Source: Candidatus Omnitrophota bacterium
Lineage (GTDB): Bacteria > Omnitrophota > Gorgyraeia > Zapsychrales > Fredricksoniimonadaceae
Reading direction: 5' to 3'
NCBI GenBank assembly: GCA_903944345.1
Contig: CAJARJ010000011.1
Coordinates: 3,460-67,459 of the forward strand
Length of the DNA: 64,000 nucleotides
The position numbers were made by a program, and so were the translations under genes. The notes beneath the pieces were generated by a model. The model searched no databases. It was not told the origin of the DNA and was given only the letters and a program-made list of their open reading frames with translations. Shown here in pieces: positions 28,894 to 40,900 of this stretch (the stretch's first letter is position 1; each line of letters opens with the position of its first letter).

Positions 28894-29376
28894 CTAAGCC
28901 TGGGCAGGCATGGTCAAATCTTCACCAAGAACCTTCTCGATATTCAAAAGGATCTTGACTGTTTCATTGACCTTGCCGATACCCAGAATGTAGTCCGTGT
29001 GAATACCCGAACCAAGATTCGGAGCCGGTTCGATATTCTCCTGCTTGATATCCAGAACTTCCTTCACCTTATCAATGATAATGCCGATAAGGACCTCATT
29101 GAGGTTAATAACAATAATACAGGTCTCAACGGTGGTATCGATCTCCTTCATCCCGAACTTGAGACGAAGGTCGATGACAGGAATAACTTTCCCGCGCAAA
29201 TTAATAACCCCTTTGACATACCCCGGGACCTGAGGGACGGCTGTAATATTCATCATGCCGATGATCTCCCGGACCTTGAGAATTTCAAGCCCGTAGTCCT
29301 CTTTTCCTAGGGCAAATGTGAGGTATTTGCCTTCCTTGGCAAGACAATTGCCTTGCGTGCTTTGTGTGATCGCCAT
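28894..29376 (-). CDS. cheW: Chemotaxis coupling protein CheW.
   Basis: CheW-like domain motifs IREIIGMMNITAVPQVPGYVKGVINLRGKVIPVIDLR. Confidence 0.85.
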   Translation of the reverse strand: MAITQSTQGNCLAKEGKYLTFALGKEDYGLEILKVREIIGMMNITAVPQVPGYVKGVINLRGKVIPVIDLRLKFGMKEIDTTVETCIIVINLNEVLIGIIIDKVKEVLDIKQENIEPAPNLGSGIHTDYILGIGKVNETVKILLNIEKVLGEDLTMPAQA

Positions 29377-29420
29377 AATCAGCTCCTCCTGAAGTATCCT
29401 CTGCGAGAATTTCTCACAGA

Positions 29421-31436
29421 TCAGAAATCCTTGAACCCCTCTTTGTCATCCAGAGGAATGACTTCCTCAGGCTTGAGAACCTTGCTCCCTTTCGACGATG
29501 CCCGAGCATCTTTGTGTTCTGCTTTGGCAAGTTTCGGCGCCGCTGAAGCAACAGTTCTTTTCTTCTCAACCGCATGAACCGCCTTGAAAGCCGCCGCCGC
29601 TGAAGCACTGGAACCACCTACAATCTGCTGCAATTCCCCAACCATGTCCTTAAGATTCTCCGCCTGGCTGGACAACTCTTCCGCTGCTGCAGCGCTTTCT
29701 TCGGCACTGGCCGCATTCTGCTGGGTCACCTGATCCATCTGGCTGACCGCATGTGTCACCTGGTTAATGCCTTCAGCCTGCTCTTTGCTGGCCACCGCGA
29801 TCTCGTGCACCACATCAGCCACCTTCTTGGCAGCATCCGAAATCTGCACCAGAGCATCGCCGGCTTTCTTGGCAATCTCGGTTCCTTCCTTGGTGCGGGT
29901 TGAGCTGTCTTCAATAAGCTGCTGGGTATCTTTCGCCGCAACTGACGCCCGCTGGGCCAGATTACGAACCTCGTCGGCAACAACCGCAAAGCCCTTGCCG
30001 TGCTCGCCGGCACGCGCCGCTTCGACCGCCGCGTTTAATGCCAGAAGATTAGTCTGAAACGATATTTCCTCAATCGTCTTGATAATCTTGCCGACTTTGT
30101 CCGATGACTCGCTGATGGCAATCATCGCCTTTTGCATCTCCTTCATCGCGACATCACCTTTTTCCGCGTGCTGCTTGGCTTCTGTGGCCATCTGATTGGC
30201 CTTGGCCGCATTATCAGCATTCTGTTTGGTCATGGATGCCATCTCATCAAGTGCGGACGATGTTTCCTCAAGCGAGCTGGCCTGCTCCGTTGCCCCCTGG
30301 GACAGTTGCTGGGCCGAACCGGAAACCTGGCTGGCCGCAGAAGTGGTCTGCTGCGAACCTTCATTTAAAGAAGCGGCCACCCTGGAAATTGCTGTTGTAA
30401 TTCCCAGCGTAATAAAAATAGCCAGAATAATCGCCAGAATAGTGCCGATAATCAGCCCGATAATCATGGTAAGAGACGCGGCCGACAATGACTGAGTCGC
30501 ATTCTCCGCAATTTTGGTCGTACTCTGTATCCCTGCAACAGCAATTTCTTCCGCCCCCTTGAGGACAGACATCCCGATCTCCGTTCGGCGTTTTCCTAAT
30601 TCAGCCAACTTGACCCAGTCAGCCGCCAATGCCTGCATTCCTTCCTCATATTCATGTGCGGAAACCTTGACATTGTTCAGGTTCTCCGTGTCTTCTTTTG
30701 TTCTGGTGATCTTTATCAATTCTTCCCAGACCCCATACATTTTGGGAAAATTATGCAGACCTTCACTAATCATCGCCCCGTCACGAGAAGCTCCCGCCTT
30801 CCATGCCGTGATACGAACTTCATTGCCAAGATCAATAATGTCATTAATCTTTGTCACCTTGAAAAGCCTCTCGTGCAATTCTGCCTTTTTTGCATCCGGA
30901 GCATCACTTTCGGTATCAATAGCCAGTGCGAACTTATTATTCTGGGATTCCAGATAAATATTGCAACTTTTTACAAACTCAGCAGCACTCTTGTTCATCT
31001 CCGCCTTCATATGCTCAACAGCTTCGATACTCTCCCGGGTTTTGTTCATGGCCTCTTCATAGGCCTGAACTTCCTTCTCGACATTCTCAACCGCGCCTTT
31101 AAGGGCTGTAAGGTTTTTGGCCTCCTCGGAAAGCTTCCTGGCCCTGGACAGATCTTCCTTGAGCGCTGCCAACCTCTTGGTGGCCTTATCCAGATAAGAG
31201 CTATCTTCGGTAAAGGCATACCCCCTGACCTCATACATCAAACCGCTGACATTGCGCTCAAACTCGCTGACTATACTGACTTCCGGGGCGTACTCTTTGG
31301 ACAACTTTGTCGAATCCGTCTCGACGGCCTTCATCTTGACCACAGCCAGACTTCCCAGCGCAATGGCGATGATAACCACCAGCCCAAAGCCCAAGCCCAG
31401 CTTTGCCGCTAAACCCATATTCTTCCACATATCCAC
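29421..31436 (-). CDS. Methyl-accepting chemotaxis protein (two TM helices, ligand-binding domain, HAMP, MA signalling domain).
   Basis: Highly conserved MCP signalling-domain core [38 protein letters not shown]. Confidence 0.9.
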   Translation of the reverse strand: MDMWKNMGLAAKLGLGFGLVVIIAIALGSLAVVKMKAVETDSTKLSKEYAPEVSIVSEFERNVSGLMYEVRGYAFTEDSSYLDKATKRLAALKEDLSRARKLSEEAKNLTALKGAVENVEKEVQAYEEAMNKTRESIEAVEHMKAEMNKSAAEFVKSCNIYLESQNNKFALAIDTESDAPDAKKAELHERLFKVTKINDIIDLGNEVRITAWKAGASRDGAMISEGLHNFPKMYGVWEELIKITRTKEDTENLNNVKVSAHEYEEGMQALAADWVKLAELGKRRTEIGMSVLKGAEEIAVAGIQSTTKIAENATQSLSAASLTMIIGLIIGTILAIILAIFITLGITTAISRVAASLNEGSQQTTSAASQVSGSAQQLSQGATEQASSLEETSSALDEMASMTKQNADNAAKANQMATEAKQHAEKGDVAMKEMQKAMIAISESSDKVGKIIKTIEEISFQTNLLALNAAVEAARAGEHGKGFAVVADEVRNLAQRASVAAKDTQQLIEDSSTRTKEGTEIAKKAGDALVQISDAAKKVADVVHEIAVASKEQAEGINQVTHAVSQMDQVTQQNAASAEESAAAAEELSSQAENLKDMVGELQQIVGGSSASAAAAFKAVHAVEKKRTVASAAPKLAKAEHKDARASSKGSKVLKPEEVIPLDDKEGFKDF

Positions 31437-31576
31437 TCCTCCTTTGATTATCTTTAATAAACGTCAAACAAAGTTAACTTGCTTTTACTGCACCCCCTTT
31501 CAGAGGCGGGACACCGATCATATGCTGTATAATTCCATTTTGCTTTGCGGCGTCCTGCCTTCCTTTGGCTCCTGAA

Positions 31577-32497
31577 CTACTCCCTCTGCATCCGGGTCGT
31601 CGCGGCAGTCTTGAGCGCCGGGATATATTCCCTGCGCACTTCCTGCTGTCCCAGCGGAGAATAAAGCAGTTCCTTGTCAACCACACAAATCGCTCCCAAC
31701 TTTCTGGCTCGCCGGGCTACCGGCGAATCGACCTTGGCGATTGTCGAACAGATAACAACGGGAGTCGGCCTGAATTTCATCAGTTTTTCCAGAAAATCCA
31801 GTCCATCCATTCTGGGCATGATAATGTCAAGACTGACCACATCCGGATCCAGTTCCAGAATCTTGTCGCGTGCCTCAAACGCATCCCCTGCTTCGCCCAC
31901 TACCTCAAAACCAGGCACCGATTCAATAAGTTTGCGCTCGATCTTGCGGGCGATCTGACAATCATCCACCAGAAGCACGCGGATATTGCGATGTGAAATA
32001 TCCTTGTGCTGGGTTCCGATAGGCCGGATCGTTACCTCAAAAGTGCCTGTATTAAAATACACCTTGCGCCCATGCTTCCCGCCGACATCACTCTCCACAA
32101 TCGGAATGCCGAACTTCTTGAGAACCATCCTGGCGGCAACAATATTCGTATCCCCAATCCCGGCCCCGACACCCAAATGCCCGACAACCGCTCCCCCTCC
32201 GAATATCTTGGCCTCATAATGCTCGACTCTCGCGTCCATGGCAAAAAGGCTGCGGATGATATATTCCGTCGATGTGTCTCCGTATTTCCCCCGCGACTCA
32301 TATTCGCCGGGAAACCGGTCCCGCAAGAAATGATTCATGGCAGCCGCTCCGTTGTGACGGTTATAAACGCAAACCGCCACACAAGAGCCTAAAAGAGTCG
32401 CCATAAACATGGGCTCACGCGAGACGCAAAGCTCCCCTGGCAACAGAAAAACACGCTCCAGACCGCTGGGAGTTATGACTTCATCATGCTGACTCAT
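31577..32497 (-). CDS. CheD (chemoreceptor glutamine deamidase) fused to a C-terminal CheB-type receiver domain.
   Basis: N-terminal CheD motifs TLLGSCVAVCVYN and KIFGGGAVV. C-terminal REC IRVLLVDD...DVVSLDIIMPRMDGLDFLEKLMKFRPTPVVICS, highly similar to the CheB N-terminal REC. Confidence 0.7.
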   Translation of the reverse strand: MSQHDEVITPSGLERVFLLPGELCVSREPMFMATLLGSCVAVCVYNRHNGAAAMNHFLRDRFPGEYESRGKYGDTSTEYIIRSLFAMDARVEHYEAKIFGGGAVVGHLGVGAGIGDTNIVAARMVLKKFGIPIVESDVGGKHGRKVYFNTGTFEVTIRPIGTQHKDISHRNIRVLLVDDCQIARKIERKLIESVPGFEVVGEAGDAFEARDKILELDPDVVSLDIIMPRMDGLDFLEKLMKFRPTPVVICSTIAKVDSPVARRARKLGAICVVDKELLYSPLGQQEVRREYIPALKTAATTRMQRE

Positions 32498-32889
32498 TTA
32501 TTCCTTTTGAGTCTCATGCTGACCTTGTGCAGCAATTGACCTGGATCCACCGGTTTGAGAATATAATCATCACAGCCTGCGTTAAACGCCTGCATAAAGG
32601 GTTTGTCAAAAGCGGTTACCATGATAACCGGAACGCCCTCACCAACAGAAATCCCCGCCGCTTTCTCAACTTCACGAACAATTCCGAGAAGAGAAAGACC
32701 ATCCAGTTCCGGCATTGCAATATCCAGCAGAATCATGTCATAAGGCTTATTCTTCTCCAGCGAGATGCGAAAAGCCTCGAATGCTTCCCGCCCGTTTACA
32801 GCCGCATCACAGTGCGCCACATCCCGCAGCACCTCGACTATCAACTGCCGGTTGGTAAAATTGTCATCCACAACAAGAATTTTCCACAT
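32494..32889 (-). CDS. cheY: CheY-like single-domain response regulator.
   Basis: Receiver fold MWKILVVDD...LLDIAMPELDG...KP. ATGA overlap with the downstream gene. Confidence 0.8.
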   Translation of the reverse strand: MWKILVVDDNFTNRQLIVEVLRDVAHCDAAVNGREAFEAFRISLEKNKPYDMILLDIAMPELDGLSLLGIVREVEKAAGISVGEGVPVIMVTAFDKPFMQAFNAGCDDYILKPVDPGQLLHKVSMRLKRNK

Positions 32890-32894
32890 ATGAT

Positions 32895-33290
32895 TTAACT
32901 CCTTCTCTTGAGTTTCAACTCAATCTTCTCCAGCAGCCTGACAGGATCGACTGGCTTAAGCTCATAATCGTCGCAGGTACGATTAAACTCTTTCATAAAA
33001 GGTTTCTCATGGGCGCTTACCATAATGACCGGAAGATTCTGCCCGAATGGAAGCCCGGCCTTCTTTTCCATCTCACGCAGACGAGCAAGAACCTCACACC
33101 CGTCCATCTCCGGCATCACCATGTCCAGAAGCATCAGATCAAAAGGCTTGTTCTGCTGCAGGGCAAACAAGTACCCCTGAACCGCCTCCCGACCATTTAC
33201 AGCCAGATAGGTTTGCGCAACACCCTTGAGCATTTCACGCATAAGCTCCAGATCCGCCAGGCTGTCATCAACAATCAGAATTTTCCACAT
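32895..33290 (-). CDS. cheY: Second CheY-like response regulator (tandem paralog of the previous gene).
   Basis: Internal start MWKILIVDDSLADLELMREML. Receiver motifs LLDMVMPEMDG...KP. Confidence 0.75.
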   Translation of the reverse strand: MWKILIVDDSLADLELMREMLKGVAQTYLAVNGREAVQGYLFALQQNKPFDLMLLDMVMPEMDGCEVLARLREMEKKAGLPFGQNLPVIMVSAHEKPFMKEFNRTCDDYELKPVDPVRLLEKIELKLKRRS

Positions 33291-33306
33291 ATTCCCCTCA
33301 ATCCCG

Positions 33307-34362
33307 CTAATCTTTTGCCAGATGCTGTATAAGCATGTCCGGGATATCCCCCAGAGCAACACTCTGCACCACCGCACCCACCTCGACAGCCGCCCTGGGC
33401 ATGCCATAAACCACGCATGTTGCCTCATCCTGCGCGATGGTATGCGCCCCGGCATCCCTCATATGCCTAAGCCCCATAGCCCCGTCACGACCCATCCCCG
33501 TCAACATAACCCCCACGGCATTGGAACCGGCATATTTGGCCACTGAATCAAAAAGCACCTCGACGGATGGCCGCTGGTAAAAAACCATGGGGCCTTCCTT
33601 GATCTCCACGTAATACCGGGCCCCACTGCGACGTAGAACCATATGATAATTTCCGGGAGCAATCAGAATCAGCCCGGATCGCACCGTATCCCCGTCTTTT
33701 GCTTCCTGAACATCCATGGCACAAACCCGGGCCAGACTGTCAGCAAAACTCTTTGTAAAAATCGCCGGCATATGCTGTGTCAGCACCACACCGGGAAACG
33801 TTGCCGGAAGAGCCGGAAGGAGCAACCGTAACGCCTCGGTGCCTCCGGTAGAGGCCCCGATAGCAACAACCCTGTCGGTGGTTTTAAGCATGGACGCACT
33901 CACAGGAGAACCCCGTCTGACAGTAGCCGAAAGCGGCTTATACCCGCCGACAAACCTTCTCTTGGCCGCATAACCGGCACGAATGGCATTCGCCAACTGT
34001 TCAATCATTTCATTCAGCCTGGTTGCGACATCCAAAGAAGGCTTGTGCATAACCTCTATTGCCCCCAGTTCCAGTGCTCTCATGGCGGTTGAACAGCCGG
34101 CAGGCGTCAACGTGCTCAGGATAATCACAGGCATAGGATGACTCTTCATCAGTTTTTCAAGAAACGTAACGCCATCCATGCGGGGCATTTCTACATCCAA
34201 GGTCAACACATCCGGCGAATGCTGAATAATCCTGTCCCGGGCAATATAGGGATCCGGCGCGGTGTCCACAATCTCGATATCCGGACACTTGCCCAGACCG
34301 TCTTTCAGGATTGAACGAACCACTGCCGAATCATCTACAATGAGCACTTTTATTTTCTGCAT
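33307..34362 (-). CDS. cheB: Protein-glutamate methylesterase CheB (receiver plus methylesterase).
   Basis: REC (KVLIVDDSAVVR...LDVEMPRMDG), then the methylesterase domain with GASTGG and MLTGMGRDG. Confidence 0.9.
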   Translation of the reverse strand: MQKIKVLIVDDSAVVRSILKDGLGKCPDIEIVDTAPDPYIARDRIIQHSPDVLTLDVEMPRMDGVTFLEKLMKSHPMPVIILSTLTPAGCSTAMRALELGAIEVMHKPSLDVATRLNEMIEQLANAIRAGYAAKRRFVGGYKPLSATVRRGSPVSASMLKTTDRVVAIGASTGGTEALRLLLPALPATFPGVVLTQHMPAIFTKSFADSLARVCAMDVQEAKDGDTVRSGLILIAPGNYHMVLRRSGARYYVEIKEGPMVFYQRPSVEVLFDSVAKYAGSNAVGVMLTGMGRDGAMGLRHMRDAGAHTIAQDEATCVVYGMPRAAVEVGAVVQSVALGDIPDMLIQHLAKD

Positions 34363-34364
34363 GC

Positions 34365-35249
34365 CTACCTTATCTTTCTGTAAGTCGCCGGCGCCAGAAC
34401 GTCTACCCTAGTCCGGAAAGTAGCCGGGAGATTCTCGGAGTGACCGATCAAAAGGTATCCTCCGGGTAGCAGCATCCGGAGCAATTTATCAACGACCGCC
34501 GCCTGTGTCGGCGGATCAAAATAAATCATGACATTGCGGCAGGAAATAAAATCAAACGGACCTCTGAATGGAAAAGAAGCCTCCATCAGATTAAGCCGGC
34601 GGAAAGTGATCATAGCCTTGAGTCGCGCAGAGACCTGATACATAGACTCCTTGTCCACCTGGGTCCGGTCAAAATAGCGCTCCAGAAGGGCCGGAGGAAC
34701 AGTCTTGACCTTATCAAATGTATAAACCCCTTCCATGGCCTGCGCCAGAACCTTGGTTGATATGTCGGTCGCCAGCAATTTGACATCAAAGGTCGGCATC
34801 CGGCTAAAAAATTCAGCGAGCGTCAAAGCAAGGGTATACGGCTCTTCTCCGGTAGATGCCGCCGCGCACCAGGCACGAACACGCGTAGATTTCTCGGCAT
34901 TCTTGCGCCGCAGGATTTCCGGCAAGGCCTGTCCGGTCAAAAAATCAAAATGCTGTCTTTCTCTGTAAAACGAGGTGAAATTGGTCGAAATCGCATTGAT
35001 CATGAGCATGAGCTCCCCATCATCCTGCGATTCGGAAACAAAATTGAAATATTCCGCGTAAGTATCGAGACCCAGCGCACGCAAACGCTTGCCCAAACGC
35101 GTTTTCATGAACTCCTGCTTATGATCACCCAAAGATATTCCGCTTTTGTCATAGATCAACCGGGCCAGAGAACGATATTCTCCGGGTTTAAGTTCTATTG
35201 GTTTCTGGAAAACGTGCACCATAGGCTCCTCTATTTTGCCGCTGCACAA
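34365..35249 (-). CDS. cheR: Chemotaxis protein methyltransferase CheR.
   Basis: SAM-dependent MTase with the CheR signature RVWCAAASTGEEPYTLA. Confidence 0.85.
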   Translation of the reverse strand: MCSGKIEEPMVHVFQKPIELKPGEYRSLARLIYDKSGISLGDHKQEFMKTRLGKRLRALGLDTYAEYFNFVSESQDDGELMLMINAISTNFTSFYRERQHFDFLTGQALPEILRRKNAEKSTRVRAWCAAASTGEEPYTLALTLAEFFSRMPTFDVKLLATDISTKVLAQAMEGVYTFDKVKTVPPALLERYFDRTQVDKESMYQVSARLKAMITFRRLNLMEASFPFRGPFDFISCRNVMIYFDPPTQAAVVDKLLRMLLPGGYLLIGHSENLPATFRTRVDVLAPATYRKIR

Positions 35250-37924
35250 ACCAGTCCGTTAACATCCAGAATAAGACCTACCCGCCCGTCACCCAGAATC
35301 GCCGCACCGGAAACCCCCTGCACTTTACGCAGATTGTCCCCCAGACTCTTGATAACTACCTGCTGCTGACCCAGCAATTCGTCGACCAAAACGCAGGCCC
35401 GTCCATACTCGGATTCAATAATACAAACAGTGGCATCCTCGAAACGCTCACGTCCGCCGGGCACACCAAACAGCTTGCCCAGACGAATCAAAGGATAGAC
35501 TTTCCCGTAAACACTGTACATCTCCCCCCGACCATAGATCAGGGTAAGAGACTTCTCGTCAGGCTTCACAAATTCGATTACCGAATTGATGGGCAGAATA
35601 TACTTTTCATTACCCACCTCAACAACAATCCCCTCGATAATCGCCAGTGTGATCGGAAGATAAATAAAGAAAGTGGAACCCTGTCCGACTTGCGACTCAA
35701 TCTCAACCCGGCCACGCAGTTTCTCGATATTCTTTTTAACAACATCCATCCCCACGCCACGGCCGGAAACATCCGTCACTTTCTCGGCCGTCGAAAAACC
35801 TGGTTCGAAGATAAGATTAAAAATTCTTTTATCCGAAAGCTCCTCACCGGGCTTGACCAGCCCCCGCTCGACTGCCTTGGCCAGAATTCTGTCTTTACGC
35901 AGGCCACCGCCATCATCCTTGATCTCAATAACAATGCTTCCCCCACGATGGTAGGCAGACAATTGCACCTTTCCTGCCGGGTTCTTCCCGGCCGCAATAC
36001 GAGCCTCCCTGGACTCTATGCCGTGATCCACCGAATTGCGCACCATATGCATCAAAGGATCCCCGACCAGCTCGACCATATTCTTGTCAATCTCGGTCTC
36101 CTCGCCGCTGAGTGTGATAGCAATCTCCTTGCCCAGCTTTTTGGAAAGATCCCTTACGAGGCGAACCATTTTCTGGAAAGTCGGGCCAACCTGCACCAGG
36201 CGCATGCCCATCGCAATCTGCTGCAGCCGCCGCGTGATCCGGTCGAGCTCGCCGAGATTCTTGTGAAATTTCTGATCCTCAATAGAAAGAATAAACGGAC
36301 TCTGGATAACCTGTGTCTCGGAAATTACCAATTCCCCAACCAGGTCAATGAGACTATCCAGTTTGTCCAGCTGGATCTTGATCGTGTTTTCCACAGAAGT
36401 CCCGGATTTTTGCACCTCAAGAGCACTCTGAATCTGCTTGGTACTGGCCGCATGAGCCTCAACAAGAATTTCCCCGACTTTCTTTTCAGGAGCAATTTCT
36501 TTCTGCACCAAAAGCGCCTCTGCCAGTTCGGTTTGAGTGACAGCCCCCTGCCTGAGAAGAATTTCGCCCACAGGCTCCCGCTTCTTTCCGCTGACAACCT
36601 CTTTGAGCGATCCCAACAGCTCTGCGCAATCGACATAGGCACTTTTCAGCTGACCGCCATTTGTAGCCTGTTCCTGCAACAATTCGAGCATCTTTCTTAA
36701 CAGATCGATCGACGCCAGAGTCAATTCCACAACGCGCCCGCCAAAAACCAGAGTATCCTTGCGAACCATATCCAGCATGGTTTCCGCTTCATGGGCAAAA
36801 ACCCGGATATCCCTCAAGTCCAGAAAAGCCGCAGCACCCTTGATCGTATGAAACGCGCGAAAAATATTATTGATCGCTTCCTTATCATCCGGGGCCGTTT
36901 CCAGAACAAGAACCGACCGTTCGGAATTGGCCAGATGATCAAAGCCTTCATTCGCAAATTCAATAAAAAGGTCTGCGCCACTGGAAAGATCAAGTACGGG
37001 GACTTGCGGAACAAAAGCATCCTCTGGGCAATGCTCTGCCAGAGACTGTAGCGGAGGTTCGACTGAAACAGGCAATTGAGCAGGCTGCCTGTTCAAACGT
37101 AATTTATTTATGCTCTCGATAACAGGAGAAATATCTGCGCCGGGATCAAAGGCAGGATTGTCTTTCAATTGAGCCAGCGCCCGCCTGAGTGCATCTACAG
37201 CCTGAAGAAAAACACTGGTTATCTGTTCGTCGGATTTAAGGGTTCGGTCCCGCAAAAGACCGAGAAAATCTTCCGCGGTATGGGCGAGCAAGGCAACATG
37301 AGCGAACCCTAAAAGATTGGCCTCACCTTTGACCGTATGAAAAACCCGGAAAAGTTCATCGATCCTGGCACTATTCTCCGGCTCTTTCTCGAGAATGAGA
37401 AGACTTTTTTCGGTATCATCCAGCGAAGTTAAAGTGCTGGCGATAAACCCCGGAATTTCCCGGGCCTGGGATTCGGAAATCACCCGAATCTTGGTCGCCG
37501 TGGCTCCTGCAACAATCCGCTTTATATCTTCATTGAATGTCTGGACAAAACCTGCGGCATCCCCACCCTGATCCAGCGCCCCCAACGTCTGCTGCAAGGC
37601 ACTTAACAAACAGGAAAGAATATCCGCACATTTTTTGATATCCGTCTTTTTATACATTCCGACGGCAGCAACGGCAGAAACAATCATGCGGCTGACATCC
37701 GTCAGCGTTTTCATTCGGGGATCAGATCTTAATCCGGATATTTCCTTGAGAATAGCATCAAATTCGGCAGGAAGCGAAAGATCGGCCAGAACAAACCGGG
37801 AAGCAAGCTGTTCGACGTCACTTAAGAGCGGCTTGATGTCAGACATTTGCACCCCGTCAAAGAAAAACCCGAACACACATAATACGTTCAGGTTTTTCAT
37901 GGCCTGCGCTGGAGATTTGCGCAA
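35231..37924 (-). CDS. cheA: Chemotaxis histidine kinase CheA (multiple HPt domains, dimerisation domain, HATPase, CheW-like C-terminal domain).
   Basis: HPt motifs FHTVKGEANLLGF and FHTIKGAAAFLDL. HATPase motif DDGGG...GRGVGMDVV. Confidence 0.9.
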   Translation of the reverse strand: MRKSPAQAMKNLNVLCVFGFFFDGVQMSDIKPLLSDVEQLASRFVLADLSLPAEFDAILKEISGLRSDPRMKTLTDVSRMIVSAVAAVGMYKKTDIKKCADILSCLLSALQQTLGALDQGGDAAGFVQTFNEDIKRIVAGATATKIRVISESQAREIPGFIASTLTSLDDTEKSLLILEKEPENSARIDELFRVFHTVKGEANLLGFAHVALLAHTAEDFLGLLRDRTLKSDEQITSVFLQAVDALRRALAQLKDNPAFDPGADISPVIESINKLRLNRQPAQLPVSVEPPLQSLAEHCPEDAFVPQVPVLDLSSGADLFIEFANEGFDHLANSERSVLVLETAPDDKEAINNIFRAFHTIKGAAAFLDLRDIRVFAHEAETMLDMVRKDTLVFGGRVVELTLASIDLLRKMLELLQEQATNGGQLKSAYVDCAELLGSLKEVVSGKKREPVGEILLRQGAVTQTELAEALLVQKEIAPEKKVGEILVEAHAASTKQIQSALEVQKSGTSVENTIKIQLDKLDSLIDLVGELVISETQVIQSPFILSIEDQKFHKNLGELDRITRRLQQIAMGMRLVQVGPTFQKMVRLVRDLSKKLGKEIAITLSGEETEIDKNMVELVGDPLMHMVRNSVDHGIESREARIAAGKNPAGKVQLSAYHRGGSIVIEIKDDGGGLRKDRILAKAVERGLVKPGEELSDKRIFNLIFEPGFSTAEKVTDVSGRGVGMDVVKKNIEKLRGRVEIESQVGQGSTFFIYLPITLAIIEGIVVEVGNEKYILPINSVIEFVKPDEKSLTLIYGRGEMYSVYGKVYPLIRLGKLFGVPGGRERFEDATVCIIESEYGRACVLVDELLGQQQVVIKSLGDNLRKVQGVSGAAILGDGRVGLILDVNGLVCAAAK

Positions 37925-37982
37925 TTCAAGACTACACTGCCAGCTGGCAGCTTGTCAAGGCGACAGGTGTATTTCTTTAATG

Positions 37983-40900
37983 TTATACGCTCCGTTTATA
38001 ACGTAGAAGAATATCTCTCAGATCGGTGATCCCGACAGGTTTGGTTAAGAAGTCATTCATACCGGCGAGCAGACAACGTTCCTTATCCTGGGGCATCGCC
38101 GCTGCAGTCAATGCTATGACCGGAAGATCCGGACCGTGCTCCCGACGGAAAATCCTGGTGGCCTCCTCCCCGCTCATGACCGGCATCTGCAAATCCATAA
38201 AACAAAGGTCATACCCCCCTTTCTGCAATAAAACAAGAGCTTCCTGCCCATTACAGGCAAAATCCGCGGCGCACCCGAGTACAGATAAATACTCTTGCAA
38301 TAAATGCCGATTAGAAGGCGTATCCTCAACGACAAGAACCCGCATATTCTGGCCTACTGCATCTATGTGCTCCGTCACAAACGCCTCTGCGCAAGAAACA
38401 TCCGGGATTCTCAGTGTCAAAGTGAAAGAAAATTCGCTGCCTTTTCCAAGCTCCGAGGAAACCCGAATCTCTCCCCCCATCCTTTCCACCAGCCCCTTGC
38501 AGATAGACAGCCCCAGGCCTGTCCCGCCAAACTCCCTGACAGTCGACATATCCACCTGTTCAAAAGGCTGAAATATCTTTTCGAATTTCTCCTGCGGTAT
38601 TCCGATCCCGGTATCTCTCACACTTATAAAGAACCGGGCCCGCCGACCATCTTTTTCCAACATGACCCGGACAGTCAGCGTCACAGTCCCCTGAAAGGTG
38701 AACTTGACCGCATTGCTCAAAAGATTCACAAGAACCTGTTTGATTCTGGTCGGGTCCCCCATCACCCGCTGAGGAACCCCGTCGGAAATATCCTGCCTGA
38801 ACACCAAATTTCTAACCTGAAACTGGGACTGTACCATCGCCAGGCATTCCGAGAACAAATCCCGGATCCCAAATTCAATTTCTTCAAAAGACATTTTGCC
38901 TGAGGAAACCCTGGCGATATCCAGAATATCATTGATGATCCCTAAAAGAAGACGTCCACTGGAAATGATCGTATCTAGATAAGACAACTGTTTCTCAGTC
39001 AAGGACGTAATTTTCAGCAGTTGGCCAAAACCGATGATCGCATTCATAGGAGTGCGTATCTCATGACTCATATTCGCCAAAAATTCTCCCTTGATCCTGC
39101 TGGCCGCTTCGGCTGCCTCCTTGGCCTCCAGTAATACCCTTTCAACCCTCTTTCTCTCGGAAATATCCCGGGCCGCGGCCACCAGAAGATTGCGTCCCGA
39201 GCTTTCAATCACAACGATATTGACCTCAACGGGAAATACACTCCCATCTTTCCTTCTGTGCCTGCCCTGCAGGGAAAACGTTTGTCCGGGGATCAGCGTC
39301 TGCCAGGCCTGCTGATCTCGTTCAGCAGAATAATCCATATCAAGATTACTGACCGAAAGGTTCAGCATTTCTTCGCGGGTATACCCCAGAGAACTAACAG
39401 CCTGCTGGTTGCAATCCACAATCCTGCCACTTGGAGTATCATGCACAAAAATAGCGTCCGCGGCATGATTGATAAGTCCGCGATAATATGCCTCCCTTTC
39501 GCGGATCACATCTTCAACCCGCTTGCGCTCGGTGATATCCGCAAAAACCGTCGCAAATTTCCCATCCCCCAGACTGTACGCATTAATGTAAAAATATTTC
39601 TGCATTTGCTCAACATACTGTTCGAAAGTAACCGACTCTCCGGTCAACGCGACCCTGCCATATATGCTGATAAATGAAGATCTTTCTATACCAGGAAGAA
39701 CATCAGTTACCCTGCGGCCAACTATATCGCCAGCCCGCAATCCGGTCTGCAGTTCAAAGGCGGGATTAACCGAAAGAAAAACATAATCTACCGGCTGTCC
39801 GGCATCATCCAGAACGATCTGATGCACGGCTATAGCGCCAACAGCATACTCGACCAAAAGTCGATAGCGCTCTTCGCTTTCCCTAAGCCGCTGCTCGGCA
39901 AGCCTGCGCGCGGTTATGTCCGTATCCGAACCTCTGTAACCCAGAAGCTCCCCGTCTTTTCCTATCATGGGAAGAGCACTGGTCATCATCCAACGACAGA
40001 CACCTGCTTTGGTGACGACCGGATTAACGATCTCCTTAAGAACTTCCTTGCGTTCAAAACAGGCGAACGCCTCAGCCTTGAATTCTTCCCTGCTTTCTTG
40101 CGGATGCAAGTCATAAAATGACAGTTTCCCGACAATTTCTTCCGGGGCAAACCCCCAGACAGTCTCGGCCACATGACTGACGTAAGTATAAAGCCCGCGA
40201 GAATCTGTTTCCCATATGACCTCGCTGACTTGCTCGGCAACCATATTAAACCGGTCACGACTCTCACGCAGGGCATCTTCCATACGCTTGCGTTCGGTAA
40301 TGTCGGAGATTACTCCAACAATCGACAAGAACTTTCCGCTCTTGTCAAAAAAAGAAGCCTTATTGAAAACCACAACGCGAGAACTGCCCACTGGAAAACT
40401 GACATTACCTTCGTAAACCTGTTGTCCGGGAGACTCCAAAAGAGCTTGATCCATCGCCGCATAGCGGTCAGCCACCTCGCCAGGAATAATTTCATGCACG
40501 GTTTTGCCAATAATTTCGGCACGAGGCTTGCCGACATACTCCTCAAACATGCGATTACACCCCTGATAACATCCCCGACTGTCCTTATACAAAACCGGAA
40601 CGGGAATGGCATCAATCAACTTTTGGAGAAAATCAATTTGTCCAGCCTTCTCTTCCTCCACAGCCTTGCGCGCCGTAACATCCGAGATAGAAAACAGCAG
40701 GCATTCCCCGCCATTGATCTCCAGCGGGCTGGCATTGACCTCAAGCCAGAGCCTGCGCACTTTTCCGGAAGGATTACGCACAATATGGCTGATTTCAACC
40801 CCCCTGACAGCCTCACCAGTTTCAAAGATACGGTTGCCTGTGTTACGAAAAAGGCAATCCCTACAGGCCTCGGCATGCCCGCAACCCGACGCTGCCTCAG

